A program made the position numbers and the translations under genes. From Obrimoposthia wandeli (Eukaryota), in the NCBI GenBank assembly GCA_977020255.1, contig CDROCS010000253.1, positions 868,001 through 932,000 on the forward strand: 64,000 bases of DNA, given 5' to 3'. The stretch's first letter is position 1. Every line of letters begins with the position of its first letter. The notes beneath the pieces were generated by a model. It worked only from the letters and a program-made list of their open reading frames with translations, searched no databases and had not been told where the DNA came from. This document shows, one piece after another, positions 1 to 10,374 of this stretch.

Positions 1-1
1 G

Positions 2-493
2 TATTTAAACTTTCGCAATGTTATTGAAGTTGCCATGATTTTAGGTACACTTCCGCTCGCTATGGTAGGTAGTATTTGGTTAATGTATTTACAAGGTTTC
101 AATTTCTCTGTCGCAGTCGGCGTTGGTTTCATTGCCCTTGCTGGTGTTGCTGTAGAAATTGGCGTTATTATGTTAGTTTACTTGAATCAAGCATATCATG
201 CGGTATTGGCCGATAATGCCGTACAAGGAAAGGCGACAACTAAAGCTGATATTTTACAGGCAGTCCTCCATGGCGCAGGCTTGAGAGTAAGACCAGTTAT
301 GATGACCGGAGGCACGGTTATTGTTGGTTTATTACCAATATTATATGGCACAGGCACGGGTTCAGAAGTGATGAGTCGAATTGCTGCTCCTATGGTTGGT
401 GGTATGGCGAGTGCCATGTTATTAACCTTGCTCGTTTTACCCGCGCTCTATTATTTATGGCGCTCTGCTGGCCTACAAAAAATTAATGAGTAA
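2..493 (+). CDS. cusA: CusA/CzcA-family heavy-metal RND efflux transporter, C-terminal part (5' end outside window)
   Basis: Frame is open from base 2 (YLNFRNVIEVAM...). GFIALAGVAVE, RVRPVMMT and IAAPMVGGM are HME-RND C-terminal transmembrane motifs. Confidence 0.85.
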   Translation, partial: YLNFRNVIEVAMILGTLPLAMVGSIWLMYLQGFNFSVAVGVGFIALAGVAVEIGVIMLVYLNQAYHAVLADNAVQGKATTKADILQAVLHGAGLRVRPVMMTGGTVIVGLLPILYGTGTGSEVMSRIAAPMVGGMASAMLLTLLVLPALYYLWRSAGLQKINE

Positions 494-507
494 TCAAAAA
501 TAAAGCC

Positions 508-1356
508 ATGGTCAAACACACTAAAAATATTCTTCTGCTTAGCCTCGCTTGCTTGACGCTATGGTCAAATATCGTTGCTAAGCCTGCACAAGCAAAAACA
601 CTCGTTATTGCTTCTGATGAATGGTGTCCTTATATTTGTGACGATCCTATTCTTCCGGGGTTTTTAGTTGAAATAGTGACCGAAATTGCTGCTAATAACG
701 ACATTAAAATAAGGTTTTCTTTAACACCATTAGCCAGAGCACTAGACCTCACTCAAAAGGGGGAAATCGACATGTTACTTGGCTTAACGCCACAGCATAT
801 TATTGATTTTCAACTCAAGCAGAGCCATTTTAGCTTTGGTGGTTTATATAACGATTTTTACGTGCGAGCTAATGACCCATGGCGCTTTCAAAATATTGCT
901 AACTTAGAAACTAAGTTAAAAAACAATACTGTTTTAGGTACTATCAATGGCTATGAGTATGGCGACAGTATCAGCCGTTTACTTAAAGATAATGCAACAC
1001 ATGTCTTTTCTGCTAGTGGTAATTCACCTTTGCAAAAACAATTGAGAATGTTGCGCTTGGGTCGATTAGACATCTTATTGGACTCAAGATTTACTGTGCA
1101 GTACCAACTATCAACGTTGTTAAAGACAGCCAAACCAACAATTGTTTATGCTGGTACAGAAGGTGACTTTACCCCCTTATATTTAGGCTTTTCACCTTTA
1201 CTGAGTAAAGCGCAAATACAAGTCTTTGATAAAGGTTTAATAACACTTAGACGCAGTGGTCGGTTAAACGAAATATTAGCAAAATATGGCGTAATAGATT
1301 GGCATGAGCAGTCGATTACTCTTCAAGATAAAGAATTATCACTATTGGCTAAATAG
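508..1356 (+). CDS. Periplasmic substrate-binding protein (family-3/PBPb-like), no cognate permease nearby
   Basis: Signal peptide, DEWCPY motif, GTINGYEYG, GRLDILLD and LRRSGRLNEILAKY, typical of orphan family-3 SBPs of marine gammaproteobacteria. Confidence 0.7.
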   Translation: MVKHTKNILLLSLACLTLWSNIVAKPAQAKTLVIASDEWCPYICDDPILPGFLVEIVTEIAANNDIKIRFSLTPLARALDLTQKGEIDMLLGLTPQHIIDFQLKQSHFSFGGLYNDFYVRANDPWRFQNIANLETKLKNNTVLGTINGYEYGDSISRLLKDNATHVFSASGNSPLQKQLRMLRLGRLDILLDSRFTVQYQLSTLLKTAKPTIVYAGTEGDFTPLYLGFSPLLSKAQIQVFDKGLITLRRSGRLNEILAKYGVIDWHEQSITLQDKELSLLAK

Positions 1357-1410
1357 TTACTTATCAAGTACTAAAAAGTAAATCACTATGCATTTTTCAG
1401 AGTACTCACG

Positions 1411-1950
1411 TTATTTTTTTAATCCAACAATGGCATAGTCACCACCAACGGTAAGTTTAACCACGACCGGTTTATCTGATGTGTTTTTCCAATACCAACC
1501 ATGAATACCAGTAAATGGTGTAGTAAAACTACCTTTCATTTCTGTTAACGTCGCAATAGCATAACTTTCATAATAACCTGTGGTATCACCTTCTGGCTCA
1601 CCGTGTAAATCAAAGAAAAGTGCAGTGCCGTCGGTTTGCCATTGATATTCCATTTTCTTAAACTGCGTCATAGCAAATTTATACTCGACACCACGCCCAG
1701 CGGGTACAACAACTTCAATAATATCGACTGCATGTTGGTTTGCTGTGTTGAGGTCTTCACTTTGTGCTGTGTTTATTGTCGCAGTAGCCACTGGATTTGC
1801 TAAAGCTGTTAAACCGAGCTTAGCGCCAATACCTGTTGGGTCGATATTATATTCTGCAGGTAATATAAAGCTAATAAGTACTAAACCAGCAATCACCAAA
1901 GCAATGATGGTTGATTTGAGTAAGGCTTTATTTGATAAGGTATGTTGCAT
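1411..1950 (-). CDS. Uncharacterised membrane-anchored protein downstream of HupE/UreJ gene
   Basis: N-terminal TM helix, LPAEYNIDPTG, then a soluble domain with FDLHGEP and HGWYW motifs. Confidence 0.75.
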   Translation of the reverse strand: MQHTLSNKALLKSTIIALVIAGLVLISFILPAEYNIDPTGIGAKLGLTALANPVATATINTAQSEDLNTANQHAVDIIEVVVPAGRGVEYKFAMTQFKKMEYQWQTDGTALFFDLHGEPEGDTTGYYESYAIATLTEMKGSFTTPFTGIHGWYWKNTSDKPVVVKLTVGGDYAIVGLKK

Positions 1951-1998
1951 AAAATATCTCTTAGATTTTCGAATTGAAGTAATGTGTTTTTTGATAAG

Positions 1999-2700
1999 TT
2001 AGCTAGCGAGAAAATAGCCGCTTAACTGAAAACCTAGCAGCATAAAACCAGCGCTCATTAATAAGGTATTACTTGTTGTTGAAAACTGCTTAAACGAATG
2101 ATGTTTTCGCCAAAAGCTAATCACCAGTAATATAAACGTTAGCGCGGCAAATTGCCCCAACTCAACCCCTAAATTAAAAGCGATTAAGTTCGCCCATAAT
2201 CCATCTTGAGGAAGTTGAAACTCTTGTAATTTTGTCGCTAAACCAAAGCCATGAAATAACCCAAAAATCAGTACTGCCATTTTAGCATTTGGACTAAAAC
2301 CTAAGGTCCGTTGAAAACCACCTAAGTTATCAAAACCTTTGTAAACAACAGACAGACCGATAATAGCGTCAATTATATAGGCATTTACTTGTACGTTGCC
2401 AAGCACGCCAAAGAGTAAAGTTAAGCTATGTCCCAAGGTAAACATACTGACATACAGTAAAATATCTTTGCTCTTGTATAAAAAGAAAATAACACCGGCT
2501 AAAAACAATAAATGATCATACCCGGTCACCATATGTTTAGCGCCAATGTACATAAAGGGGAAGAATTGAACTCCGGTATTATTTTGTAAAAAAAGACGGG
2601 TACTTTCATCTACGCCATGGGCCATGGCATCAAAAGAAAGTAGACCCACCAAACTCAACGCCATGGTAATTAAGGCTAGGCGACTACTTCGAGGAAACAT
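1999..2700 (-). CDS. HupE/UreJ-family (Ni/Co-type) metal transporter
   Basis: Multi-TM protein with AHG after the signal region, GAKHMVTGYDHLLFL, GHSLTL, FGLFHGFG and FNLGVELGQ motifs. Confidence 0.85.
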   Translation of the reverse strand: MFPRSSRLALITMALSLVGLLSFDAMAHGVDESTRLFLQNNTGVQFFPFMYIGAKHMVTGYDHLLFLAGVIFFLYKSKDILLYVSMFTLGHSLTLLFGVLGNVQVNAYIIDAIIGLSVVYKGFDNLGGFQRTLGFSPNAKMAVLIFGLFHGFGLATKLQEFQLPQDGLWANLIAFNLGVELGQFAALTFILLVISFWRKHHSFKQFSTTSNTLLMSAGFMLLGFQLSGYFLAS

Positions 2701-2930
2701 GAATAACTCCGCTGATTTCAGCCTATATTAAGTGAGGAGGATGATTGTTATAGGGTCGATAGAACAAACAAAATAAAGATCTTGTACATAATGCCAGTTA
2801 AATAGATGCTGACAAGTCTTTTATACCCGTTACCAATCAGACTAATTTATTAATTACTTAGCGATAATTTAAAAGTAGTGAAGAAGTTTTTGTTCACTTG
2901 TACAAAAATTAAGCAACAAAAAAACAAAGC

Positions 2931-2944
2931 TGACACTTGTGTCA
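2931..2944. promoter_or_regulatory. Palindromic operator TGACAC-TT-GTGTCA upstream of xdhA, overlapping a putative -35 (extended -10 TGcTATAGT at 2956-2964)
   Basis: 6-bp perfect arms; near-identical copy at 16297-16310; TGAC-N6-GTCA spacing matches the RutR box as recalled. Confidence 0.65.
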
Positions 2945-3021
2945 ACTACCTATTCTGCTATAGTAATTTTATATGCTGATTAAAATCGACACTAAAAATC
3001 AAAATTAAAGCGGAAATAATA

Positions 3022-4482
3022 ATGGTAGCTAATACAATAAAATTCCTGTTAAACAATGAGCTAGTAAATATTGAAAATATAGATCCTAATCTATCTGTTT
3101 TACAGTATTTACGTGAAGAGCTATTTAAAACTGGCACTAAAGAAGGTTGTGCCTCCGGTGATTGTGGTGCTTGTACGGTAGTACTGGCAGAATTGTCTGC
3201 AACTAATAATCAAGAGATCGCCTACAAATCGGTCAACGCTTGTATCACTTTTGTTGGTAGCTTACATGGCAAACAACTGATCACGGTTGAGCACTTAAAA
3301 GAAGGCGTAAAACTTCATCATGTGCAACAAGCTATGGTCGACAATCACGGCTCACAATGTGGATTTTGTACCCCTGGTTTTGTTATGTCGTCATTTGCAC
3401 TTCATAAAAAGAACAGCAAACCCAATCGTGAAGAAGTGCTTGAAGCCTTAGCCGGAAATTTATGTCGTTGTACCGGTTATCGTTCAATTATCCATGCGGC
3501 ACTAACATCAAGCGAAGCAGCCGCTGAAGATTCATTTAGCCACTTTTACCAGCAAACGCTAGCAAGCTTAACTGAATTAAATCAGCAGCCCTCAGTAACA
3601 TTAACCGGTAATAATAAGAGTTACTTTGCGCCGAAGAACGTTAAAGAACTTGCTCAGAAATTAGTAGATCAGCCTAAATCAACACTGGTTGCCGGTGGTA
3701 CCGATTTAGCCTTATCGGTAACACAAAATTTAGCGTCTATCGAACAACTCGTTTACCTTGGTGATGTTGCTGAACTTAATGAAATTAGCGAAAGCGAAAC
3801 TGAGTTTGTTATTGGCTCTGCTGTACCTTACAGCCAGTTCACGCCAATGCTTGCCAATACATACCATGAACTTGGCGAAATGATTGAGCGTATTGGCTCA
3901 CTACAAGTGCGCAATAACGGCACGCTTGGTGGCAACATTGGTAACGCCTCACCTATTGGTGATATGCCGCCAGCATTAATTGCTTTAGCTGCAAAAATGA
4001 CTTTGCAACGTGGCGATGATGTCCGTGAAGTATTGGTTGAAGATTACTTCCTCGATTACAAAAAAACGATTTTGGCTGAGTCTGAGTTTATTAAAGACAT
4101 TAGTATCGCTAAACCTAACGCCAATCAACAGCTTAAACTTTATAAAATCTCTAAACGTATCGACGATGATATTTCAGCCGTGCTCGCAGCCTTCTTTATT
4201 GAAATAGAAAACAATCGAGTTAAAACCATACGTATTGCTTTTGGTGGTATGGCTGGCATACCTGCCAGAGCTAAACATTGTGAAGCACAATTATTAGGTA
4301 AAACCTTAACCGATAAAACCATCGTAGCTGCACAGCAGGCTTTAGAAAATGATTTTAGCCCAATGTCAGATGTACGTGCTTCTGATAAGTACCGTATGCA
4401 AGTAGCAAAGAATTTACTGCAAAAATGCTATTTAGAACTTCAAAACAGACACATCGAAACTAGAGTAGTTAATTATGCGTAG
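3022..4482 (+). CDS. xdhA: Xanthine dehydrogenase small subunit (2x[2Fe-2S], FAD)
   Basis: GTKEGCASGDCGAC, QCGFCTPG, GNLCRCTGY, AGGTDL, GTLGGN and KISKR motifs. Confidence 0.97.
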   Translation: MVANTIKFLLNNELVNIENIDPNLSVLQYLREELFKTGTKEGCASGDCGACTVVLAELSATNNQEIAYKSVNACITFVGSLHGKQLITVEHLKEGVKLHHVQQAMVDNHGSQCGFCTPGFVMSSFALHKKNSKPNREEVLEALAGNLCRCTGYRSIIHAALTSSEAAAEDSFSHFYQQTLASLTELNQQPSVTLTGNNKSYFAPKNVKELAQKLVDQPKSTLVAGGTDLALSVTQNLASIEQLVYLGDVAELNEISESETEFVIGSAVPYSQFTPMLANTYHELGEMIERIGSLQVRNNGTLGGNIGNASPIGDMPPALIALAAKMTLQRGDDVREVLVEDYFLDYKKTILAESEFIKDISIAKPNANQQLKLYKISKRIDDDISAVLAAFFIEIENNRVKTIRIAFGGMAGIPARAKHCEAQLLGKTLTDKTIVAAQQALENDFSPMSDVRASDKYRMQVAKNLLQKCYLELQNRHIETRVVNYA

Positions 4483-6850
4483 TCTTATCGACATAAATAA
4501 AAGTAATATCGCTACGGCTTCAGATAAAAGTAAAATAGGTCTAGGTGGTGTTGGTCGTTCAGTAAAACATGAAAGTGCTGATAAACACGTTAGCGGTGAA
4601 GCAATTTATATTGATGACCGTCCCGAGCCAAGAGGTCAATTGCATGCTGCAGTAGGTCAAAGTACGGTAGCGCACGGTAACATCAAAAGTATGGACTTAT
4701 CAGCCGTAAAAGCCGCAACGGGTGTTATTTCGGTTATTACTGTTGAAGATGTGCCCGGCCATACAGATATTGGCCCTGTTTTTCCTGGTGATCCGGTCTT
4801 AGCTATCGGTAAAGTTGAATTTATCGGCCAGCCACTTTTTGCTGTTGCAGCAACAAGCCACGAACTTGCTCGCAGAGCCGTTACCTTAGCTAAAATTGAG
4901 TATGAAGAATTACCCGCGGTATTAACGGTAAAAGATGCCTTAGCGCAAAAGAGCTTTGTTCGCCCTCCATTTACCATGAAACGTGGCGATTCAGCTGCCG
5001 CGATTGAAACTGCTGCCCATCAACTTAGCGGTGACATTGTTGTTGGTGGTCAAGAGCATTTTTACCTAGAAGGTCAAATCTCTGCTGCTGAGCCAACAGA
5101 AGACGGCGGCATGACCGTTTATTCTTCTTCACAGCATCCAAGCGAAGTACAAAAACTAGTGGCTGAAGTATTAGCTATCCCCCTCAATAAAGTGGTGGTA
5201 GATATGCGCCGCATGGGCGGTGGTTTCGGTGGTAAAGAAACTCAAGCCGCACCCTGGGCTTGTCTTGCCGCCTTATTAGCCAATGAAACTAAACGTCCGG
5301 TTAAATTTAAATTAAGCCGTAGCGACGATATGTGTATGACAGGTAAACGTCATCCTTTTGAAAATAACTACCACGTTGGTTTTGACAAAAATGGTCAAAT
5401 TAAAGGGATCAAGATTACCGTTAATGGTAACTGTGGTTATTCACCCGATTTATCTGATGCCATTGTTGATAGAGCCATGTTTCACTCAGACAATGCTTAC
5501 TATTTAGATCAAGCAACCGTTACCGGTAATCGCTGTAAGTTAAATACTGTGTCTCATACCGCTTACCGTGGTTTTGGTGGCCCGCAAGGTATGATGACCA
5601 TAGAAATGGTAATGGATGATATTGCTAGGCATTTAGGTAAAGATCCCTTAGAGATTCGTAAAATCAACTTATATGGTACTGACGATCGTAACGAAACACA
5701 CTACCACCAAAAAGTTAAACACAATAAATTAGACAAACTTATTGGTGATTTAGAAACCAGCTCAGACTATCAATTACGTCGTGCCGCGGTAAGCTTATTT
5801 AACAAAGAAAATACTATTTTAAAGAAAGGTATTGCCTTAACACCGGTTAAGTTTGGTATTTCATTTACCGTACAACATTTGAACCAAGCCGGTGCGCTTA
5901 TTCATATTTATACCGATGGTACTATTCTTTTAAACCACGGTGGCACTGAAATGGGCCAAGGTTTAAATACTAAAGTGGCGCAAATTGTTGCGGAAGAATT
6001 TCAAGTTAGTGTCAGCACCGTTGGCGTTTCTGCCGCGCGTACTGACAAGGTACCCAATACATCACCCACCGCAGCTTCTTCAGGTACTGATTTAAACGGT
6101 AAAGCCGCTGAAGCCGCTGCTAAAATAATCAAAAAACGGTTAATTGATTTTGCCTGTACTAAATATGAAGTAACCGCTGAGCAAGTTAAGTTTGACAACA
6201 ACACCATTATTGTTGCTGAGCAGATTTTTACCTTTGCTGAGTTTAGTCAAATAGCTTACATGGGCCGTGTATCTTTATCGGCTACTGGTTTTTACAAAAC
6301 GCCAAAAATTTATTTTGACCGCGCGACCGGTAAAGGTCGTCCGTTCTTTTACTACTCTACGGGTGCGGCAGTTTCAGAAGTATTAATTGATACGCTAACC
6401 GGCGAATACAAAGTATTACGTGCTGATATTTTACATGATGTAGGTCATTCAATTAACCCTGCCATTGATATTGGCCAAATTGAAGGTGCTTTTATCCAAG
6501 GCATGGGTTGGTTAACTACTGAAGAATTAGTATGGAATGACAAAGGCCGTTTATTATCAAATAATCCAGCGACTTATAAAATCCCCGCCATTAGTGATAC
6601 ACCAGCAGACTTTAGAGTCACCTTAGTTTCTGATGAGCCAAACCAAGAGCAAACCATCTACAACTCAAAAGCGGTTGGTGAGCCACCCTTTATGTTGGGT
6701 ATGTCGGTATGGTCAGCATTAAAAGATGCGATTGCCAGTGTTGCTGATTACAAAGTAAGCCCTGCGCTTGATACACCAGCAACGCCAGAAAGAGTGCTGT
6801 GGGCAGTTGAAGCGGTTAAAGCCGTTAAAGTGACGCAAGCGACTAAATAG
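4475..6850 (+). CDS. xdhB: Xanthine dehydrogenase molybdopterin-binding subunit
   Basis: GGQEHFYLE, RMGGGFGGKET, AYRGFGGPQG, GTEMGQG and SKAVGEPP; overlaps the xdhA stop. Confidence 0.97.
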   Translation: MRSLIDINKSNIATASDKSKIGLGGVGRSVKHESADKHVSGEAIYIDDRPEPRGQLHAAVGQSTVAHGNIKSMDLSAVKAATGVISVITVEDVPGHTDIGPVFPGDPVLAIGKVEFIGQPLFAVAATSHELARRAVTLAKIEYEELPAVLTVKDALAQKSFVRPPFTMKRGDSAAAIETAAHQLSGDIVVGGQEHFYLEGQISAAEPTEDGGMTVYSSSQHPSEVQKLVAEVLAIPLNKVVVDMRRMGGGFGGKETQAAPWACLAALLANETKRPVKFKLSRSDDMCMTGKRHPFENNYHVGFDKNGQIKGIKITVNGNCGYSPDLSDAIVDRAMFHSDNAYYLDQATVTGNRCKLNTVSHTAYRGFGGPQGMMTIEMVMDDIARHLGKDPLEIRKINLYGTDDRNETHYHQKVKHNKLDKLIGDLETSSDYQLRRAAVSLFNKENTILKKGIALTPVKFGISFTVQHLNQAGALIHIYTDGTILLNHGGTEMGQGLNTKVAQIVAEEFQVSVSTVGVSAARTDKVPNTSPTAASSGTDLNGKAAEAAAKIIKKRLIDFACTKYEVTAEQVKFDNNTIIVAEQIFTFAEFSQIAYMGRVSLSATGFYKTPKIYFDRATGKGRPFFYYSTGAAVSEVLIDTLTGEYKVLRADILHDVGHSINPAIDIGQIEGAFIQGMGWLTTEELVWNDKGRLLSNNPATYKIPAISDTPADFRVTLVSDEPNQEQTIYNSKAVGEPPFMLGMSVWSALKDAIASVADYKVSPALDTPATPERVLWAVEAVKAVKVTQATK

Positions 6851-6860
6851 GAATATCATC

Positions 6861-7760
6861 ATGAAAATGAATTGGACCGGTGCCGCACATCAATTGAACA
6901 AACAAGGCAAAGCCTATGTTATCGCCACAATTGTCGGTGTAACCGGTTCAACGCCGCGTAATAGTGGCACCAAAATGGTGATAACCCATGATGATATTTT
7001 TGACACCATAGGTGGCGGACACCTAGAACATAAAACCATTAAGCATGCACTCCAATTGTTAATTACCGGTGCAGCTTGTCAGCAAATTGAGCACTTTCAA
7101 TTAGGTGCACAATTAGGCCAATGTTGTGGCGGTGATGCCACGGTATTGTTTGAATGTTTTAAAGCCAGTGGTGCCAATATCATCTTGTTTGGTGCTGGTC
7201 ATGTCGGTAAAGCGCTTATGCCTATTCTTGCTGGTTTACCCTGCAGTATTACTTGGGTTGATAGCCGTACAGAGCAATTTCCTGCTGATGCAAGCAATTA
7301 TCATAATGTCACTACGGTAGTTAGTGAAAATCCGGCTGAAGAAGTTGCGCTGATGTCCGCTAATAGCTACTACATAGTGATGACGCACAACCATCAACTC
7401 GATTATGAAATTAGTCATAATATTTTAAAACGTGCTGATTTTAGTTACTTAGGTTTAATTGCTTCAGACACTAAATGGCGTCGTTTCCAACAAAGGTTTC
7501 AACACCGTGATATCGCTAAAAGCTTAGTAGAAAGAATGAATTGCCCTATTGGTTTATCACAAGTACAAGGTAAGTTACCGATGGAAGTCGCCGTATCAGT
7601 TGCCGGTGAAATCATTCAACTTTATCAAGCAGAGTTGGCTGCGCAAGCAATAAACAATCCCAGTGCGAATAAGCAAAAAGATGCCAAATCAAAAAGTACA
7701 AAACAAGGTATTGCTTGGCAAGAATTAAAAAGCTTAATGACAGAAGAAATAATCAGTTAG
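6861..7760 (+). CDS. xdhC: Xanthine dehydrogenase accessory protein XdhC
   Basis: GSTPR, TIGGGHLE, LGQCCGG, FGAGHVG, VMTHNHQLD, CPIGL; position after xdhB. Confidence 0.93.
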   Translation: MKMNWTGAAHQLNKQGKAYVIATIVGVTGSTPRNSGTKMVITHDDIFDTIGGGHLEHKTIKHALQLLITGAACQQIEHFQLGAQLGQCCGGDATVLFECFKASGANIILFGAGHVGKALMPILAGLPCSITWVDSRTEQFPADASNYHNVTTVVSENPAEEVALMSANSYYIVMTHNHQLDYEISHNILKRADFSYLGLIASDTKWRRFQQRFQHRDIAKSLVERMNCPIGLSQVQGKLPMEVAVSVAGEIIQLYQAELAAQAINNPSANKQKDAKSKSTKQGIAWQELKSLMTEEIIS

Positions 7761-7790
7761 TAAGCCTAAAAAATAAAGAGGAGAAGCAAG

Positions 7791-9146
7791 GTGACTCATT
7801 TTGCTCTACAAAGTACACAAGTAGTCATTGCAGGAAAAATGATCGCAGCCTGCGTCGAAATAAAAGACCAGCTGATTCATGCTATTCATCCTTATGGCCA
7901 AGCATTAAACTGCGAAGTTAAAGATTTTGGTACACAAGTGATTATGCCTGGTTTGGTCGACTCTCACGTTCATATTAATGAACCTGGTCGTACCGAATGG
8001 GAAGGTTTTAATACCGCCACTCAAGCTGCTGCAGCTGGTGGTATCACCGCCTTAGTCGATATGCCGCTTAATTGTATTCCAGTCACAACAACCAAAGCCG
8101 CTTTTCAAGAAAAACTCGACTCTGTAGACGATAAACTTTGGGTAGATTGTGGTTTTTGGGGTGGTGTTATCCCTGACAATATTGATGAACTTGATGATTT
8201 ACTCAACGCCGGTGTTTTAGGGGTTAAATCTTTCTTGATTGATTCAGGTATCGAAGAGTTTCCACCTGTTGCAGCAAAAGATATGCGCGCTGCTATGCCT
8301 ATTTTAGCTAAACATGATGTACCTTATTTGATCCACGCAGAACTGGATTGTGGCCATTTTGATGATGTTGAAATCACTAAAAAGTACAACTCTTTCTTAG
8401 AATCACGACCCAAAAGCTGGGAAAACAATGCTATCTCGTTAATGGTTGATATGGCTCGTGAATCTAAAGAAGCTGGTGATAACTGTAAAGTTCATATCGT
8501 GCATTTATCCTCTGATGAAGCGTTAAGCACTATTGCACAAGCAAAGTCTGAAGGTTTACGTTTTACCGCTGAAACCTGTCCGCACTATTTAACTATTGCC
8601 TCGGAAGATATTCTCGATGGTAAAACGTTATTCAAATGTTGTCCGCCAATTCGTGAAAATAAAAATCGTGAGCACTTATGGCAAGCGATTACCGATGGCC
8701 GCTTAGATTTTATCGTTTCTGATCACTCTCCTTGTACACCAGAATTAAAACATATTGATACCGGTGATATTGAAAAAGCCTGGGGTGGCATTTCAGCGCT
8801 ACAACTTGGTCTCTCGCTAATTTGGACTGAAGCCAAAGACCGTGGTTTTACCTTGGTAGATCTAGCGCGTTTAATGTCTTTGGAAACAGCTAAATTTGCT
8901 GGATTAGACAGTGTTAAAGGTGCAATTAAAGTGGGTAACCATGCCGATTTTTGTGTGTTTGATGAAAAGTTTGAATACACCATTACCACCGAAATGATCA
9001 AGCACAAGCACAACATTACCCCTTATGTAGGTCGAAAGGTTTTTGGTCAAGTAAACCATACCTTTGTTCGTGGTTTTCATGTTTATCAGCAAGATGAATT
9101 CATTAATTCCCCTGTAGGCCGACCGTTACTTAAAGGTCAGTTGTAA
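7791..9146 (+). CDS. allB: Allantoinase (amidohydrolase superfamily)
   Basis: PGLVDSHVHINEPGRTEWEGF, AAAGGIT, DMPLN, HIVHLS, ETCPHYL, FKCCPPIR, SDHSP. Confidence 0.93.
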   Translation: MTHFALQSTQVVIAGKMIAACVEIKDQLIHAIHPYGQALNCEVKDFGTQVIMPGLVDSHVHINEPGRTEWEGFNTATQAAAAGGITALVDMPLNCIPVTTTKAAFQEKLDSVDDKLWVDCGFWGGVIPDNIDELDDLLNAGVLGVKSFLIDSGIEEFPPVAAKDMRAAMPILAKHDVPYLIHAELDCGHFDDVEITKKYNSFLESRPKSWENNAISLMVDMARESKEAGDNCKVHIVHLSSDEALSTIAQAKSEGLRFTAETCPHYLTIASEDILDGKTLFKCCPPIRENKNREHLWQAITDGRLDFIVSDHSPCTPELKHIDTGDIEKAWGGISALQLGLSLIWTEAKDRGFTLVDLARLMSLETAKFAGLDSVKGAIKVGNHADFCVFDEKFEYTITTEMIKHKHNITPYVGRKVFGQVNHTFVRGFHVYQQDEFINSPVGRPLLKGQL

Positions 9147-9228
9147 GGCTCTGAAAAAACACAACATGCACGCAATGTATCAGAGTCGACCAAGGCTTGC
9201 CTGACAATGCAGTAACAGGAGATAAAAA

Positions 9229-10308
9229 ATGGTTGAAGATTGGTTAGCACAAAACAAATTGTCGGCAGAAGAAGCGGTATTAGAGCAAAAATTAAAAACT
9301 CATTATGTCGATTTAGCCAGTGAGCGCGTTGGCGGTGAAACACTATCATGTAGTGATGACTTTTTTTCTGAAATGGAAAATTTATTAAAGCCTGGTCGTG
9401 GGATTTTTATTGAAGATAAGTTTACTGAACGCGGTAAATGGATGGACGGTTGGGAATCACGCAGAAGTTATGGTCGTGCTCATCGTCGAGAAAGTGGCTG
9501 TGATTCAGATTGGTGTATTATTCGTTTAGGTATCAGTGGTGTTATTCGTGCTTTTGATATCGACACTAATTACTTCCGTGGTAACGCGCCAGAAAAAGTC
9601 TCTGTAGAAGCTTGTGTCAGTGAAGTACAACCTAACAAAGATACCGTTTGGCATACTATTTTTGAAGCGACTGATGTTAAAGCGCATAGCCAAAACATTT
9701 TTGTACTCGACGCTGAAAAAAAGGTAAATAATACCCCATGGACTCACGTTCGTTTAACCATGTTCCCTGATGGTGGTATTGCTCGTTTCCGTGTTTACGG
9801 TGAAGCCGAAGTTAACTGGAATGATTTTGTTGACGGTGAACTCATTGACCTAGCATCCATTAAAAATGGTGCTAAAGCGTTATTAGTAAGCGACATGTTC
9901 TTCAGCGATAAAAACAACCTTATAATGCCTGGCCGTGGCACCAACATGGGTGATGGCTGGGAAACTAAACGTCGTCGTGATCCAGGTCCAGATTGGTCCA
10001 TTGTAAAACTTGCCGCTACCGGTAGTGTTAATAAGGTCATCATAGATACCTGTCACTTTAAAGGTAATTTCCCTGATACCTTTATGCTTGAAGGCTGCAT
10101 TAGTGATAGCGATGATTTTTCTGATAACGCAGCAAATGCAACTTGGACAGCGATTATTCCACGTACTAAGTTATATGCTCATCGTGAACATTTCTTCACT
10201 AAAGAGATCATCGTTGAAAAAGATCAAGCGTTTACACATGTACGTTTAAGTATTTTCCCTGATGGTGGTATTTCTCGACTGCGTGTTTTTGGTAACCGCC
10301 AAAGTTAG
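9229..10308 (+). CDS. alc: Allantoicase
   Basis: Two internal repeats: MDGWESRR and GDGWETKRRR, DTNYFRGN and DTCHFKGN, PDGGIARFRVYG and PDGGISRLRVFG. Confidence 0.95.
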   Translation: MVEDWLAQNKLSAEEAVLEQKLKTHYVDLASERVGGETLSCSDDFFSEMENLLKPGRGIFIEDKFTERGKWMDGWESRRSYGRAHRRESGCDSDWCIIRLGISGVIRAFDIDTNYFRGNAPEKVSVEACVSEVQPNKDTVWHTIFEATDVKAHSQNIFVLDAEKKVNNTPWTHVRLTMFPDGGIARFRVYGEAEVNWNDFVDGELIDLASIKNGAKALLVSDMFFSDKNNLIMPGRGTNMGDGWETKRRRDPGPDWSIVKLAATGSVNKVIIDTCHFKGNFPDTFMLEGCISDSDDFSDNAANATWTAIIPRTKLYAHREHFFTKEIIVEKDQAFTHVRLSIFPDGGISRLRVFGNRQS

Positions 10309-10374
10309 CATGCTAAACAACGGCATTAATTAAAATTCCGTTGTTTAAGAGAAATAGTAAGTAAAGTAAGGGAT

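Noticed and set aside
9202-9215. Third RutR-like site TGAC-AATGCA-GTAA upstream of alc, and half-sites near 2810 and 14686
   Set aside because: Only the outer bases match and the inner ACTTGT core is missing; chance matches are likely in AT-rich DNA.
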